This document shows positions 1-12,470 of a DNA stretch of 64,000 nucleotides, in pieces. The translations under genes and the position numbers were made by a program. Source of the stretch: Candidatus Deferrimicrobiaceae bacterium (GTDB lineage Bacteria > Desulfobacterota > Deferrimicrobia > Deferrimicrobiales > Deferrimicrobiaceae); assembly GCA_963792415.1 (NCBI GenBank), contig CAWBVY010000006.1:640001-704000 (forward strand), read 5' to 3'. Position 1 is the stretch's first letter. Every line of letters begins with the position of its first letter. The notes below the pieces were generated by a model. That model worked only from the letters and a program-made list of their open reading frames with translations. It ran no database searches and was not told the DNA's origin.

Positions 1-288
1 CTGTCTCCCGACGGACGACAGGAGGTCCCCCCGTTGCATTCTGCTCCCCTCCCCGAAGGCGGCGCCTTGGAGGATCCCGGGGCGTTGAAGGTCACCACCC
101 TCTCCGCGCTTCCCGGCGAGTTCCGCAAGGAGTTCCGTGTGAGCAACGGGCCCGTCCTGCTCCTTCTCGACGCCGAAGGAAAGGTGGAGAGGCGGTGGAT
201 CGGGTTCTCGGCCGGGATGTCCGGGGAACTCTCCTCGGAGTTCAGGAATCGATCCCTCGGCCTTTTCCCCCGCCCCCCTGGAACGTGA
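1..288 (+). CDS. Partial thioredoxin-fold (TlpA/AhpC-like) protein, 5' end outside the window
   Basis: Frame open from base 1. C-terminal 'GPVLLLLDAEGKVERRWIG' resembles the cis-Pro/beta-hairpin end of thioredoxin-like folds. Confidence 0.45.
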   Translation: MSPDGRQEVPPLHSAPLPEGGALEDPGALKVTTLSALPGEFRKEFRVSNGPVLLLLDAEGKVERRWIGFSAGMSGELSSEFRNRSLGLFPRPPGT

Positions 289-1375
289 ACCGGGAACGGG
301 ACAGGTTCGCCGCCGCGCCCAGCGCCATCATCCCGGTCAGCATCGACGACCCGCCGTAGCTCACGAACGGGAGCGGGATCCCGACGACGGGGAACAGGCC
401 GCACACCATCGCCAGGTTGATGACGATGTGGGTCAGGAAGAAAACCGCGATCCCCCCGCAGGCGAACGATGCGAACCGGTCCTGCGACCGGGCGGTGAGG
501 AAGAAGAGGCGGTAGATCAGCAGCAGGAACAGCACGAGCAGAAGGAGGGACCCGAGGAACCCCCACTCCTCGGCGAAAATGGCGAAGGCGAAATCGGTGT
601 GCTGCTCCGGAAGGAACCGGAGCGACCCCTGGGTCCCCTGCAGGTACCCCTTCCCGAGGATCCCGCCGGACCCCACCGCGATCTTCGACTGGATCACGTG
701 ATACCCCGCCCCCAGCGGGTCCAGCTCGGGGTTCAGGAAGGTGAGCACCCGCTGCCGCTGGTACGCCTTCATGAAGAACCAGAGGACGGGAACCGCGGCC
801 ACGCCGGCCGCCGCGAAAAAAGCGAGCACCTTCCACCGCACGCACGCCACCACCGCCATCCCCGCGAGGATGAAGAGGAACACCCCCGCGCTTCCCAGGT
901 CGGGCTGGAGCGCCACGAGGAGGAAGGGAGCGAGGACGAGTCCGATCCCGGGAAGGAACTCCTTGAGCCCGATCCCGCCGTACTGGTATTTCGACGAGAG
1001 GTACCGGGCCAGGACGAGCGTGACGGCGATCTTCGCGAACTCCGACGGCTGGAAGTTGAACGCGCCGATGGCGATCCACCGCTGGGCGCCCCCGCGCACC
1101 TTCCCCGCCAGCAGCACCACGACGAGAAGAAGGAGCACGGCGAGGAAGAAGCCGTTCGCGGTCTCTTCGATGAAGCCGTCGCTCAGGAGAAAGACGGCGA
1201 AGAAACCGGCGACTCCGAGAAGGATCCAGGCGAGCTGTTTGATCACCAGGGCGGCCCCGGGAGCGCCGTGGACCCTCGTGCTGGAATAGACGTTCAGCAG
1301 CCCGATCGCGCAGAGGACCAGCGCGTTGATCAGCAGCGGCCAGTCCATCCGCGTCCATTTCGAGGGACGGGTCAC
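242..1375 (-). CDS. rodA: Rod shape-determining protein RodA (SEDS family)
   Basis: GAQRWI, QPSEFAK, QPDLGSA, LPEQHTDF and PFVSYGGSS motifs. GTG start overlaps the mrdA stop (GTGA). Confidence 0.95.
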   Translation of the reverse strand: MTRPSKWTRMDWPLLINALVLCAIGLLNVYSSTRVHGAPGAALVIKQLAWILLGVAGFFAVFLLSDGFIEETANGFFLAVLLLLVVVLLAGKVRGGAQRWIAIGAFNFQPSEFAKIAVTLVLARYLSSKYQYGGIGLKEFLPGIGLVLAPFLLVALQPDLGSAGVFLFILAGMAVVACVRWKVLAFFAAAGVAAVPVLWFFMKAYQRQRVLTFLNPELDPLGAGYHVIQSKIAVGSGGILGKGYLQGTQGSLRFLPEQHTDFAFAIFAEEWGFLGSLLLLVLFLLLIYRLFFLTARSQDRFASFACGGIAVFFLTHIVINLAMVCGLFPVVGIPLPFVSYGGSSMLTGMMALGAAANLSRSRFTFQGGGGKGRGIDS

Positions 1376-3222
1376 GCACCCCCCTTTCGCGGCGGGCCGA
1401 CGGGCCGGGTGCGGAAGAATTCCTGCATCACCGCCTTGACGATCGGAGCGGCGGCGGATCCGCCGTGCCCGCCGTGCTCCACCATCGCCGCCACGACGAT
1501 CTGCGGGTCGTCCACAGGGGCGAAAGCGACGAACCACGCGTGATCGCGAATCTCGTACGGAAGGTCCTCGGACTTGATCATCTTCCCCTTCACGGAGGCG
1601 ACCTGCGCGGTGCCCGTCTTCCCTCCGACAACGATCCCCGGGAGCTTCGCCCCCCCCCCCGTGCCGTAGTCGTTCACCACGCCGGCCAGCGCCTTCCGGA
1701 GGAACTCCACGTTCTCCGGGTTCCATGGGAGCTTCCGCAGCATCTCGGGGGCGAACGTCTGCACCTTCCCGTCCATGCCGATCACCTTCGACACGACGAG
1801 GGGCCGCATCACCTCTCCGCCCGTCGCAAGCGTCGCGTAGCCGGCGGCCATCTCGAGGGGAGTGAGGTGAACCGCCCCTTGGCCGATTCCCAGGAGCACG
1901 CTCTCGTAGTCGTTCCACCGTTCCTTGACCACGGTGCGCTTCCACTCCGTGTCCGGGACCAGCCCCTTCCGCTCCCCGGGAAGGTCGATCCCCGTGATCG
2001 TCCCCAGCCCCGCGTCCTTCTCCAGCTTCGCCAGCCGGTCGGGGCCCAGCTTCAACCCGAGCGTGTAGAAGTAGACGTCGCACGACTGCACGATCGCCCG
2101 GTACATGTCGACGTCGCCGTGGCCTTTCTCCTTCCAGCAGCGGAAGACCCGGTTCCCGAGACGGTACCACCCGGGACAGGGGACCGTCTTCCGCTCCTCC
2201 TGCAGCTTCCCCTCGAGGGCCGCCAACGCGAGGAACGGCTTGATGGTGGAGCCCGGGGCGTACGTCCCCTGCAGGCCCTTGTTCTGCATCGGCTTGCGCG
2301 GGTCGGTGACCAGCGCCTGCCACTCGGCCTTGCGGATCCCGCGCGTGAACACGTTCGGGTCGAACGAGGGGCCGGAGTAAAACGCGAGAACCTCCCCTGT
2401 CCGCGGCACGAGGGCGATCACGGCGCCCGCCCGGTTCCCGAGCGCCTCCTGGGCCGTCACCTGGAGGTCCGCGTCCAGCAAGGTGTGCACGGCGCCGCCG
2501 GCCCGGGAAGGGACCTCCTCGACGAGCCGCTGGTCTCTCCCGGCCGCGTCCACCTCCACTTTCCGGCCACCGTTCACTCCGCGGAGGTCGCTGTCCATCC
2601 GCCGCTCCAGGCCGTACTTGCCGACCAGGTCGCCCATCGCCAGCGAATCGTCTTCCGACTGTTCCAACTCCTCCGGACTCGCCTCGCCCACGTACCCGAG
2701 GAGGTGCGCGAAGGCCGTGCCGTAGGGGTAGCTCCGTTTCGCCTCGACCAGGACGGAGAAGCCGGAGAGGTTCTCCCGGTTGAACTCGATGACCGAGACC
2801 TGCTCGAACCGGAGGTCCCGCGCCACGGTGATCCCGCTGTAGGGGTTGATCCGCTTCGCCAGGCGGATCTTGTCGAGCACCTCGTTCTCGTCGACGTCGA
2901 ACTCCACGATTTCGGCGAGAAGGCCGATCTCCGCCTCGAGGTCCTTTACGTCCACCGGGGAGCAGATGAGATCGAAGGAACCCTGCGTCTCCGCGATCGC
3001 CCTCCCCTTCCGGTCGAGAATCAGTCCCCGCGGGGCGCGGACCGTTCGGAGGCGAAGACGGTTGTTCTCCGAGAGATCCCGGTACCGGTCGGACTCCACC
3101 ACCTGGAGCCAGTAGAGCCGTCCGAGGAGGAGCGCGAACGCCCAAAAGGCCACGAAGAGGAGAATGAGCGATCGGCGGGTGATGTCGGGGTCCTGCTCCC
3201 GCTTGCGGATCCGGCTCATCAT
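1372..3222 (-). CDS. mrdA: Penicillin-binding protein 2
   Basis: N-terminal TM, RGLILDR, STIK (SxxK), SCD and KTGT motifs. Located in the mre cluster. Confidence 0.95.
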   Translation of the reverse strand: MMSRIRKREQDPDITRRSLILLFVAFWAFALLLGRLYWLQVVESDRYRDLSENNRLRLRTVRAPRGLILDRKGRAIAETQGSFDLICSPVDVKDLEAEIGLLAEIVEFDVDENEVLDKIRLAKRINPYSGITVARDLRFEQVSVIEFNRENLSGFSVLVEAKRSYPYGTAFAHLLGYVGEASPEELEQSEDDSLAMGDLVGKYGLERRMDSDLRGVNGGRKVEVDAAGRDQRLVEEVPSRAGGAVHTLLDADLQVTAQEALGNRAGAVIALVPRTGEVLAFYSGPSFDPNVFTRGIRKAEWQALVTDPRKPMQNKGLQGTYAPGSTIKPFLALAALEGKLQEERKTVPCPGWYRLGNRVFRCWKEKGHGDVDMYRAIVQSCDVYFYTLGLKLGPDRLAKLEKDAGLGTITGIDLPGERKGLVPDTEWKRTVVKERWNDYESVLLGIGQGAVHLTPLEMAAGYATLATGGEVMRPLVVSKVIGMDGKVQTFAPEMLRKLPWNPENVEFLRKALAGVVNDYGTGGGAKLPGIVVGGKTGTAQVASVKGKMIKSEDLPYEIRDHAWFVAFAPVDDPQIVVAAMVEHGGHGGSAAAPIVKAVMQEFFRTRPVGPPRKGGA

Positions 3223-3704
3223 TCCTTCACCCTCCGCCAGCGGACCGACAGGTCCAGGAAGAGAGGGACGGCGATCAGGGAGGTCCAGGCGATCCGGACG
3301 GCCTCCTGCGCGCCCCACAGGAAGGAGAAGGGTCGGGCCCCGGAAAGGGTAAGGAGAAGGACGACGGAGAACGACTCGGCCGCCAGCAGCGACACGACGG
3401 CGATGAGAAGCGACGGTTCGCTGCGCAGGAGAAAGCGGCGGCCGATCTCCCGCGAGGCGAAGTAAAGGGCCATCGATCCGAGGAACATCGACCAGGAAGG
3501 CGCGGACGCCGTGATCTCACGGAAAAGCGCGGGAGGAAGAGCGCACAGGAATCCCGCGACCCCCGGAACGAAGAGCCCGGAGTAAACGACCGCGAGAAAC
3601 GGGAAGTCGGGGAGCAGGAACCAGGGGACGAAACCGGAGAGCCACCAGACGCAAAGGGAGGCGCCCAGATACGACAGGGTGAACAGCACGAGAAAATGCT
3701 TCAA
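3219..3704 (-). CDS. mreD: Rod shape-determining protein MreD
   Basis: Hydrophobic ~161-aa membrane protein between mreC and mrdA, with TTGA/ATGA overlaps. Call rests largely on synteny. Confidence 0.75.
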   Translation of the reverse strand: MKHFLVLFTLSYLGASLCVWWLSGFVPWFLLPDFPFLAVVYSGLFVPGVAGFLCALPPALFREITASAPSWSMFLGSMALYFASREIGRRFLLRSEPSLLIAVVSLLAAESFSVVLLLTLSGARPFSFLWGAQEAVRIAWTSLIAVPLFLDLSVRWRRVKE

Positions 3705-4546
3705 TCTCTTATCGCCCGGAACGGCACGGAGGGGCGGGAGAGGATCACCATCACCTCTTCGGCGTCCTGGAAATTCACGGCGCACTGGACCTTCACCTTC
3801 TGGAAAAGGCTTTCCTTCGGACGGTCTACGCTGACGACGGTCCCGAGGAGAACCCCTTTGGGCATGCTCCCGTCGAACCCCGAGAAGACGATCCGGTCCC
3901 CCACCACGACGTCCTGCGCCGGGGAGACGTACTTGAGCCGGCAGAAGTTCCCCCCCACCCCTTCCGCGATGGCGCGAACCCGGCTGCGCTCAACCATCAC
4001 GTCGGCCGCGAACCTTCCGTCCGTGACGAGCAGCACCTCGGAAAGCCCGGGGTGGACCTTGTGGATCCGCCCGACCGCGCCGTAAGGTGTGACCACGGAC
4101 ATCCCGGACTCGATCCCCGCCTCCGAGCCCGTGCCCAGGAAGATCGCCCGGAACCAGGGGGAGACGTCGTGTCCGACCACGCGTGCGCCGAGGGTCCGCC
4201 GTTCGACGGTCTGCGAGTAGCTCAGGAGCCCCTTCAACCGGCGGTTCTCGAGAACGGCGTCCCGGGTCGCGTGGAGCCGCTCCCGGAGTTCCGTCACCTC
4301 CATCCGAAGCCGCTCGTTCTCCCTGGACACGCCCACCAGGGCGACGTAACGGTTCCACACGCCGGAAAAGCCGCCGCGCAGGAAATCCGCGGCGGAGTAG
4401 ACGGGGCGGAAGAGTGCGACCCCGGCGGCGCGGACCGGCTCGGCGCGCTCAAGGGTCGACGAAGGGCGGACAAATACCTGGACCGCCGCGACCAGGAGCG
4501 CCACGGTAAGGAGGAGCCGCCACCAATTCCGGAAGAAGGATCCCAT
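3701..4546 (-). CDS. mreC: Rod shape-determining protein MreC
   Basis: TM plus coiled coil (ENERLR...ENRRLKGLL), GAVGRI and 'SGFDGSMPKG' motifs. Follows mreB. Confidence 0.93.
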   Translation of the reverse strand: MGSFFRNWWRLLLTVALLVAAVQVFVRPSSTLERAEPVRAAGVALFRPVYSAADFLRGGFSGVWNRYVALVGVSRENERLRMEVTELRERLHATRDAVLENRRLKGLLSYSQTVERRTLGARVVGHDVSPWFRAIFLGTGSEAGIESGMSVVTPYGAVGRIHKVHPGLSEVLLVTDGRFAADVMVERSRVRAIAEGVGGNFCRLKYVSPAQDVVVGDRIVFSGFDGSMPKGVLLGTVVSVDRPKESLFQKVKVQCAVNFQDAEEVMVILSRPSVPFRAIRD

Positions 4547-4594
4547 AGATACCGCTTGGAGACCGGGGAGCGGCCTTGGCGCACCCCCGGTCGA

Positions 4595-5650
<1,056 letters not shown>

Positions 5651-5677
5651 TCAATTTCCACGAAAACGCATCGAGGT

Positions 5678-5707
5678 ATAGTAACAGTCCCCCGACCCTC
5701 ATTGCAA
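5678..5707 (-). promoter_or_regulatory. Putative sigma70 promoter of the mre operon
   Basis: Minus strand TTGCAA-N18-TACTAT with an extended -10 TG. Confidence 0.5.
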
Positions 5708-5734
5708 TCCGAAGGAGAGCGGGCCCGAATCCCG

Positions 5735-5764
5735 TTGATATCGGACCTCGCGCGGCATTAGAAT
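5735..5764 (+). promoter_or_regulatory. Putative sigma70 promoter of ppiD, divergent from mreB
   Basis: TTGATA-N18-TAGAAT. Confidence 0.5.
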
Positions 5765-5814
5765 GTCACGTTCGACCGCGCTTTCATTCCCATCGACAGG
5801 AGAACCTCCTCGCC

Positions 5815-7683
5815 ATGCTCTCCATACTCCGCCGCAATGCCGGGTCCTGGGCCATCAAGATCATCCTTTCCTTCATCGCATTGACCTTCATCTGGTGGGG
5901 AGTCGGCACCTACTCCGAGCGGGACCGGAACGTGGCCGCCACCGTGGGCGGAGAGACGATCACTGCGAACGAGCTGTCCGAGGCCGTCGTCAACCTGGAG
6001 AAGTCGTACCGGGAGGTGTACGGAGCCGCTTTCACCCCGGAGATGGCCAAGGCGCTCAACCTGAAGAAGCAGGCGATGGACTCCCTGGTCCAGCGGAAAA
6101 TCCTGATCGCGGAGGCCGCGAAAATGGGACTGTCGGCCACGGACGTGGAGGTGCAGCAGGAGATCGCCGCAGTCCCCGCGTTCCAGCAGGGCGGACAGTT
6201 CCGGGACGACCTGTACCGCTCGGTCCTTTCCTATAACCGCGTCACACCGGCCGAGTTCGAGGCCGGCAAGCGGCTCGAGATCACGATGAAGAAGGTCAGG
6301 GATCTTGTCGTCGCCGGCGCGCTCGTACCGGAGACGGAAGCGAAAGAGCTTTTCCGGGTCGCTTCGCGGAAAGTCCGGCTCCTGGTGGTAACGGCGGATC
6401 CCGGGAAGGTGAAGGCCGACGCTCCGACCGAAGGGGAGGTCCTCGCGAAATACGAACAGGGGAAGGAACGTTTCCGGACTCCGGCGCGGGTGAAACTGGC
6501 CGTCGCCGCCTTCACTCCCGATCGCTTCGGCCGGGAGGTCAACCCGTCGGAGGCGGAGATCAAGGCGTTCCACGAGACGAACTCCGACCGGTTCCGCACC
6601 GAGGAACGGCGGCTGGTCTCGCGCATCGTTCTGCCCTTCGGGAAAAAGGACCGGGATGCGGTGCGGAAGAAGGCGGAGGAGATCCTCGGCAAGGCGTCGA
6701 AGGGAAAGGCCGAATTCGATGCTTTGGCGAAGTCGTATGCCCGCGGGAAAAACGGGGAAGAGTGGCTCTCGCGCAAGGACGCCGGCCCGACGCTCTCGGA
6801 ACCGCTCTTCCAGGCAGCCGTGGACACCGTGGTCGGGCCGATCGAGCTGCCCGGCAGCTTCGTCCTCGCCCGCGTGAACCGGATCCGGTTCCCGGAGGCG
6901 CTCCCCCTCTCCCAGGTCCGGGACATCGTCGTCGAGCAGATCCGTCGCGAGAAGGGGGAACAACTGGCCGTCGTCAAGGCGTACGAAGCGCTGCCGAAGG
7001 CGACCGCCGCGAAATCCGTCAAGGCGACGGCGGCGGCGTTCGGGGTACCGGTCGTGGAGACCGGGTGGGTGGGGGCGGAAGGGGCTCCCGGCCTCCCCGC
7101 GGCGCTGGTCCAGGACGCGCTGCTGCTTCCATCGGGCGAGGTGGCCCCCGTGAAAACCGTTGGGGATACCCACTACCTCTTCCAGGTGACGGCGAAGGAG
7201 GTTCCCCGCGTCCCCCCCTTGTCGGAGGTGCGCGACAAAGTCGTCGCGGAGGTCGCCCGCGAGAAAAAGGAGGCGGCGGCGCGAGCGGCACTGCAGCGGA
7301 TCCTCGAGATTTCGAACACGGCGGCGGGACTCGAATCGAACGCGAGGAACGCGGGATTTTCCTCCTCCCTCACCGGCTGGTTCGCCCCCCTCTCGGAACC
7401 GGTCCCCGAGCCGCTCGCCGGGGCCGGCGAGATCCGGAGGGACCTCTCCGCCCTCTCCGCAAAAGCGCCGGTCTCCCGGACGGTGTACCAGGGACGGGAA
7501 GGGAATCTCCTCGCCGTGGCGTTTTCCGGCGAGCAGCTTCCCTCCGACGCGGAGTGGGCGAAAAAGAAGGACGGCCACCTGAAGGGGGTGGTGCAGCAGA
7601 AGCAGAACGTGATGCTCGAGGCCTTTCTTTCGGATCGCATCAAGAGCGTGAAGGTGGAAATCAATCCCGAAGCGTTGAAGTAG
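5815..7683 (+). CDS. ppiD: SurA N-terminal domain / PpiD-like periplasmic chaperone (rotamase)
   Basis: N-terminal anchor 'IKIILSFIALTFIWWGV', VATVGGETIT SurA_N pattern, parvulin-like region. 622 aa. Confidence 0.85.
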   Translation: MLSILRRNAGSWAIKIILSFIALTFIWWGVGTYSERDRNVAATVGGETITANELSEAVVNLEKSYREVYGAAFTPEMAKALNLKKQAMDSLVQRKILIAEAAKMGLSATDVEVQQEIAAVPAFQQGGQFRDDLYRSVLSYNRVTPAEFEAGKRLEITMKKVRDLVVAGALVPETEAKELFRVASRKVRLLVVTADPGKVKADAPTEGEVLAKYEQGKERFRTPARVKLAVAAFTPDRFGREVNPSEAEIKAFHETNSDRFRTEERRLVSRIVLPFGKKDRDAVRKKAEEILGKASKGKAEFDALAKSYARGKNGEEWLSRKDAGPTLSEPLFQAAVDTVVGPIELPGSFVLARVNRIRFPEALPLSQVRDIVVEQIRREKGEQLAVVKAYEALPKATAAKSVKATAAAFGVPVVETGWVGAEGAPGLPAALVQDALLLPSGEVAPVKTVGDTHYLFQVTAKEVPRVPPLSEVRDKVVAEVAREKKEAAARAALQRILEISNTAAGLESNARNAGFSSSLTGWFAPLSEPVPEPLAGAGEIRRDLSALSAKAPVSRTVYQGREGNLLAVAFSGEQLPSDAEWAKKKDGHLKGVVQQKQNVMLEAFLSDRIKSVKVEINPEALK

Positions 7684-7713
7684 CCGTTCCGACATGACGA
7701 AAAGGGACGCTCC

Positions 7714-8820
7714 TTGCTGATTCGACGAGAGCATAAGGGATGTCCCCCGCGAGGCAAGGGGCGGACTTCCCCTGCCTTTATTCTTCTCCTACTCGGACTC
7801 CTCTCCTGCACCGCGGCCGCCGCGGAAACGGGAGTCGTCGACGAGGTCGTGGACGGCGACACCTTGAGGGTCCGCACGCCCGGGAGCTCGGAAACCGTGA
7901 CCGTGCGCCTCATCGGGATCGACGCTCCCGAACGAAGCCACCCGTCCCTCGGAAAGGAGTTCCTCTCCGACGAGGCCACCGCGCATCTCTCCTCCCTCTG
8001 CCGCGGCAAGACCGTCCGGATGGAGAAGGACGCCGAGGAGACCGACAAGTACGATCGCCTCCTGCGGTACGTCTTCCTGCCGTCGATGGACGGTCTCCTG
8101 CTGAACGAGGAGATGCTCGGGGCCGGGATGGCCCGCGCCTATACCCGCTTCCCCTTCTCCAGGAAAAACGCATTTCTCTCCGCCGAGGGGAGGGCGCGAC
8201 GGGAGGGGAAGGGGCTCTGGAAGGACGGGGGGATGGCGGAAGCGCGGTGGCTCGCCGCGGGGAACGCCGCTCCCGTCGAGGTGTACCCCTCCGGCGGAAG
8301 GACCTTCGTACTCGCCCACAAGGGGCTCGCGAAAGCGGGGGTGGAACGCGGGGACCTTCCGAAGGAGATCGAGGGGATCCTGCGGCTGCGCGGAGAACTG
8401 TCGGACAGCGAGTTCGCGTCGAAGGCCCGGGACCGGGGGTTCCGACCGATCGATCCGTCGAAGACAGGCCCCGCAGGATCGGAATCCCCGGGACAGCGCG
8501 CACTCCTGCCGGCTCCTGCGATCCTTGGGGCGGCAATCCCCTGGCAGGAAGCCCACCGCCACCAGGGCGAAGGGATCGTCGTCGAGGGGAAGATCGTCCG
8601 GACCCACCGCGCCGAGAAGGTGATCTACCTCAACTTCCACCCGAACTGGAAGCGATACCTCACGGTCGTCATCCACGTGAAGGATCTCCCCCTCTTCCCC
8701 GTTGACCCCGAGAAGGCCTACCGGGGAAAGAAGGTCCGCGTCCGCGGCGAGGTGAATCTCTACAAGGACCGCCCGGAGATGGTCGTGCGCTCGCCGGTGG
8801 ACATCACCGTCGTAGAGTAA
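7714..8820 (+). CDS. Secreted thermonuclease (SNase family) with a C-terminal OB-fold domain; start uncertain
   Basis: VVDGDT, VRLIGIDAPE, DKYDRLLRYV, LNEEML and ARREGKGLW SNase motifs. Signal-like hydrophobic stretch. C-terminal 'VVEGKI...IYLNF...KVRVRGEV'. Confidence 0.85.
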   Translation: MLIRREHKGCPPRGKGRTSPAFILLLLGLLSCTAAAAETGVVDEVVDGDTLRVRTPGSSETVTVRLIGIDAPERSHPSLGKEFLSDEATAHLSSLCRGKTVRMEKDAEETDKYDRLLRYVFLPSMDGLLLNEEMLGAGMARAYTRFPFSRKNAFLSAEGRARREGKGLWKDGGMAEARWLAAGNAAPVEVYPSGGRTFVLAHKGLAKAGVERGDLPKEIEGILRLRGELSDSEFASKARDRGFRPIDPSKTGPAGSESPGQRALLPAPAILGAAIPWQEAHRHQGEGIVVEGKIVRTHRAEKVIYLNFHPNWKRYLTVVIHVKDLPLFPVDPEKAYRGKKVRVRGEVNLYKDRPEMVVRSPVDITVVE

Positions 8821-8826
8821 AAATAA

Positions 8827-8852
8827 CGGGGGCCCTCGATCGAGGGCCCCCG
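8827..8852. terminator. Perfect 26-bp palindrome between convergent genes
   Basis: cgggggccctcgatcgagggcccccg between the nuclease and hppA stops. Confidence 0.6.
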
Positions 8853-8882
8853 GGGTGACGCAGGATGGCGGCGGAGCGGGTC

Positions 8883-11334
<2,452 letters not shown>

Positions 11335-11451
11335 GGCCCCTCCGTATCTGTTTTTACTGGATAAAACGTGGCGGGAACTCCGCCGGAATCCGTGCGAAAA
11401 AACATGCCCGATGGCGAGCCCGGGGCGATCGGTCGAGGTTGAAACGGGCAA

Positions 11452-11480
11452 TTTGTATCACGCGGCGACCCGCAGGTCAA
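11452..11480 (-). promoter_or_regulatory. Putative promoter of hppA
   Basis: TTGACC-N17-TACAAA with an upstream TG. Confidence 0.45.
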
Positions 11481-11510
11481 GAGGAAAGCCCCTGGTGGTA
11501 TAGTAGCCAC

Positions 11511-12470
11511 ATGGATTTCCGGGGGAAACTGATCCTCGCCCCCCTGGCGGGGGTGACGGACACGACGTTCCGGCGCCTGTGCAGGGAGAACGGCGCCGAC
11601 ATCGTGGTGACCGAGATGGTGTCGGCGAAGGGGCTCCTGTGCGACCCCGTCCGGTCCGGGCGGTACCTCGCCTACGACGGGGCCGAGCGCCCCGTAGGGG
11701 CCCAGTTGTTCGGCTCCGACCCCGGCGAGATCGCCGAAGCCGCGGCCGAGGTCGCCCGCCGCGGGTTCGACTTCGTGGACATCAACATGGGGTGCCCCGT
11801 CCGGAAGGTGACGGGCGGCGGTTCCGGGGCGGCGATCCTCTCGAATCCGCGCCTCGCCGGCGAGATCGCCCGGGCGGCGGTACGGGCGGCCGGGATCCCG
11901 GTGACCGCCAAGATCCGGTCGGGCTTCGGAACGGAGAAGGAGACGTACCTCGCGGTGGCGGGGGAACTGTTCGCCGCCGGTGTCGAAGCCGTGACCCTGC
12001 ATCCCCGTCACCGGGGGCAGATGTTCTCGGGGGCCGCGGACTGGACGCACATCGCCGCCCTGAAGCGGGCGTTCCCCGGGGAAACGATCATCGGGAACGG
12101 GGATGTCCGGGCGCCGGGGGACGCCGCAAGGATGCTCGACGAAACCGGTTGCGACAGCGTGATGATCGGGCGGGCCGCCATGGGAAACCCGTGGATCTTC
12201 GCGCTCCTGAAGGCAGGGACCCCCGTCCCGGCCGGTCCCGCCGGGGCGCTTCCCTACACCCCGTACCCGACCCCCGAGGCTCGGCGCGCCCTGATCCTGC
12301 GGCACGGCGAGGAGATGTTCCTGCTCCACGGGAAGCACGGGATCAAGGAGATGCGCAAGCACCTCGCCTGGTACAGCCGGGGGATCCATGGCGCCGCAGC
12401 CTTCCGCTCGGAGCTGCCGAAGGTCACCGACCCGGACTCCTTCCGGACCGTCGTCGGGCGCTTCTTTTGA
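11511..12470 (+). CDS. dusB: tRNA-dihydrouridine synthase DusB (NifR3 family)
   Basis: LAPLAGVTD, DINMGCP, TAKIRSG, IGNGDV and VMIGRAAMGNPW motifs. Confidence 0.95.
   Translation: MDFRGKLILAPLAGVTDTTFRRLCRENGADIVVTEMVSAKGLLCDPVRSGRYLAYDGAERPVGAQLFGSDPGEIAEAAAEVARRGFDFVDINMGCPVRKVTGGGSGAAILSNPRLAGEIARAAVRAAGIPVTAKIRSGFGTEKETYLAVAGELFAAGVEAVTLHPRHRGQMFSGAADWTHIAALKRAFPGETIIGNGDVRAPGDAARMLDETGCDSVMIGRAAMGNPWIFALLKAGTPVPAGPAGALPYTPYPTPEARRALILRHGEEMFLLHGKHGIKEMRKHLAWYSRGIHGAAAFRSELPKVTDPDSFRTVVGRFF

Noticed and set aside
1650-1660. C11 homopolymer in mrdA as a phase-variation site
   Set aside because: The frame is intact (encodes T-G-G-G-A) in a core cell-wall gene. Gly codon runs are common at this GC content.
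242-3145. 967-aa ORF suggesting a large RodA fusion
   Set aside because: The first ~590 aa are an off-frame shadow of mrdA; RodA starts at GTG 1375. The same applies to the apparent long N-termini of 40213..43968, 11579..13588, 12388..15027 and 52176..53942.
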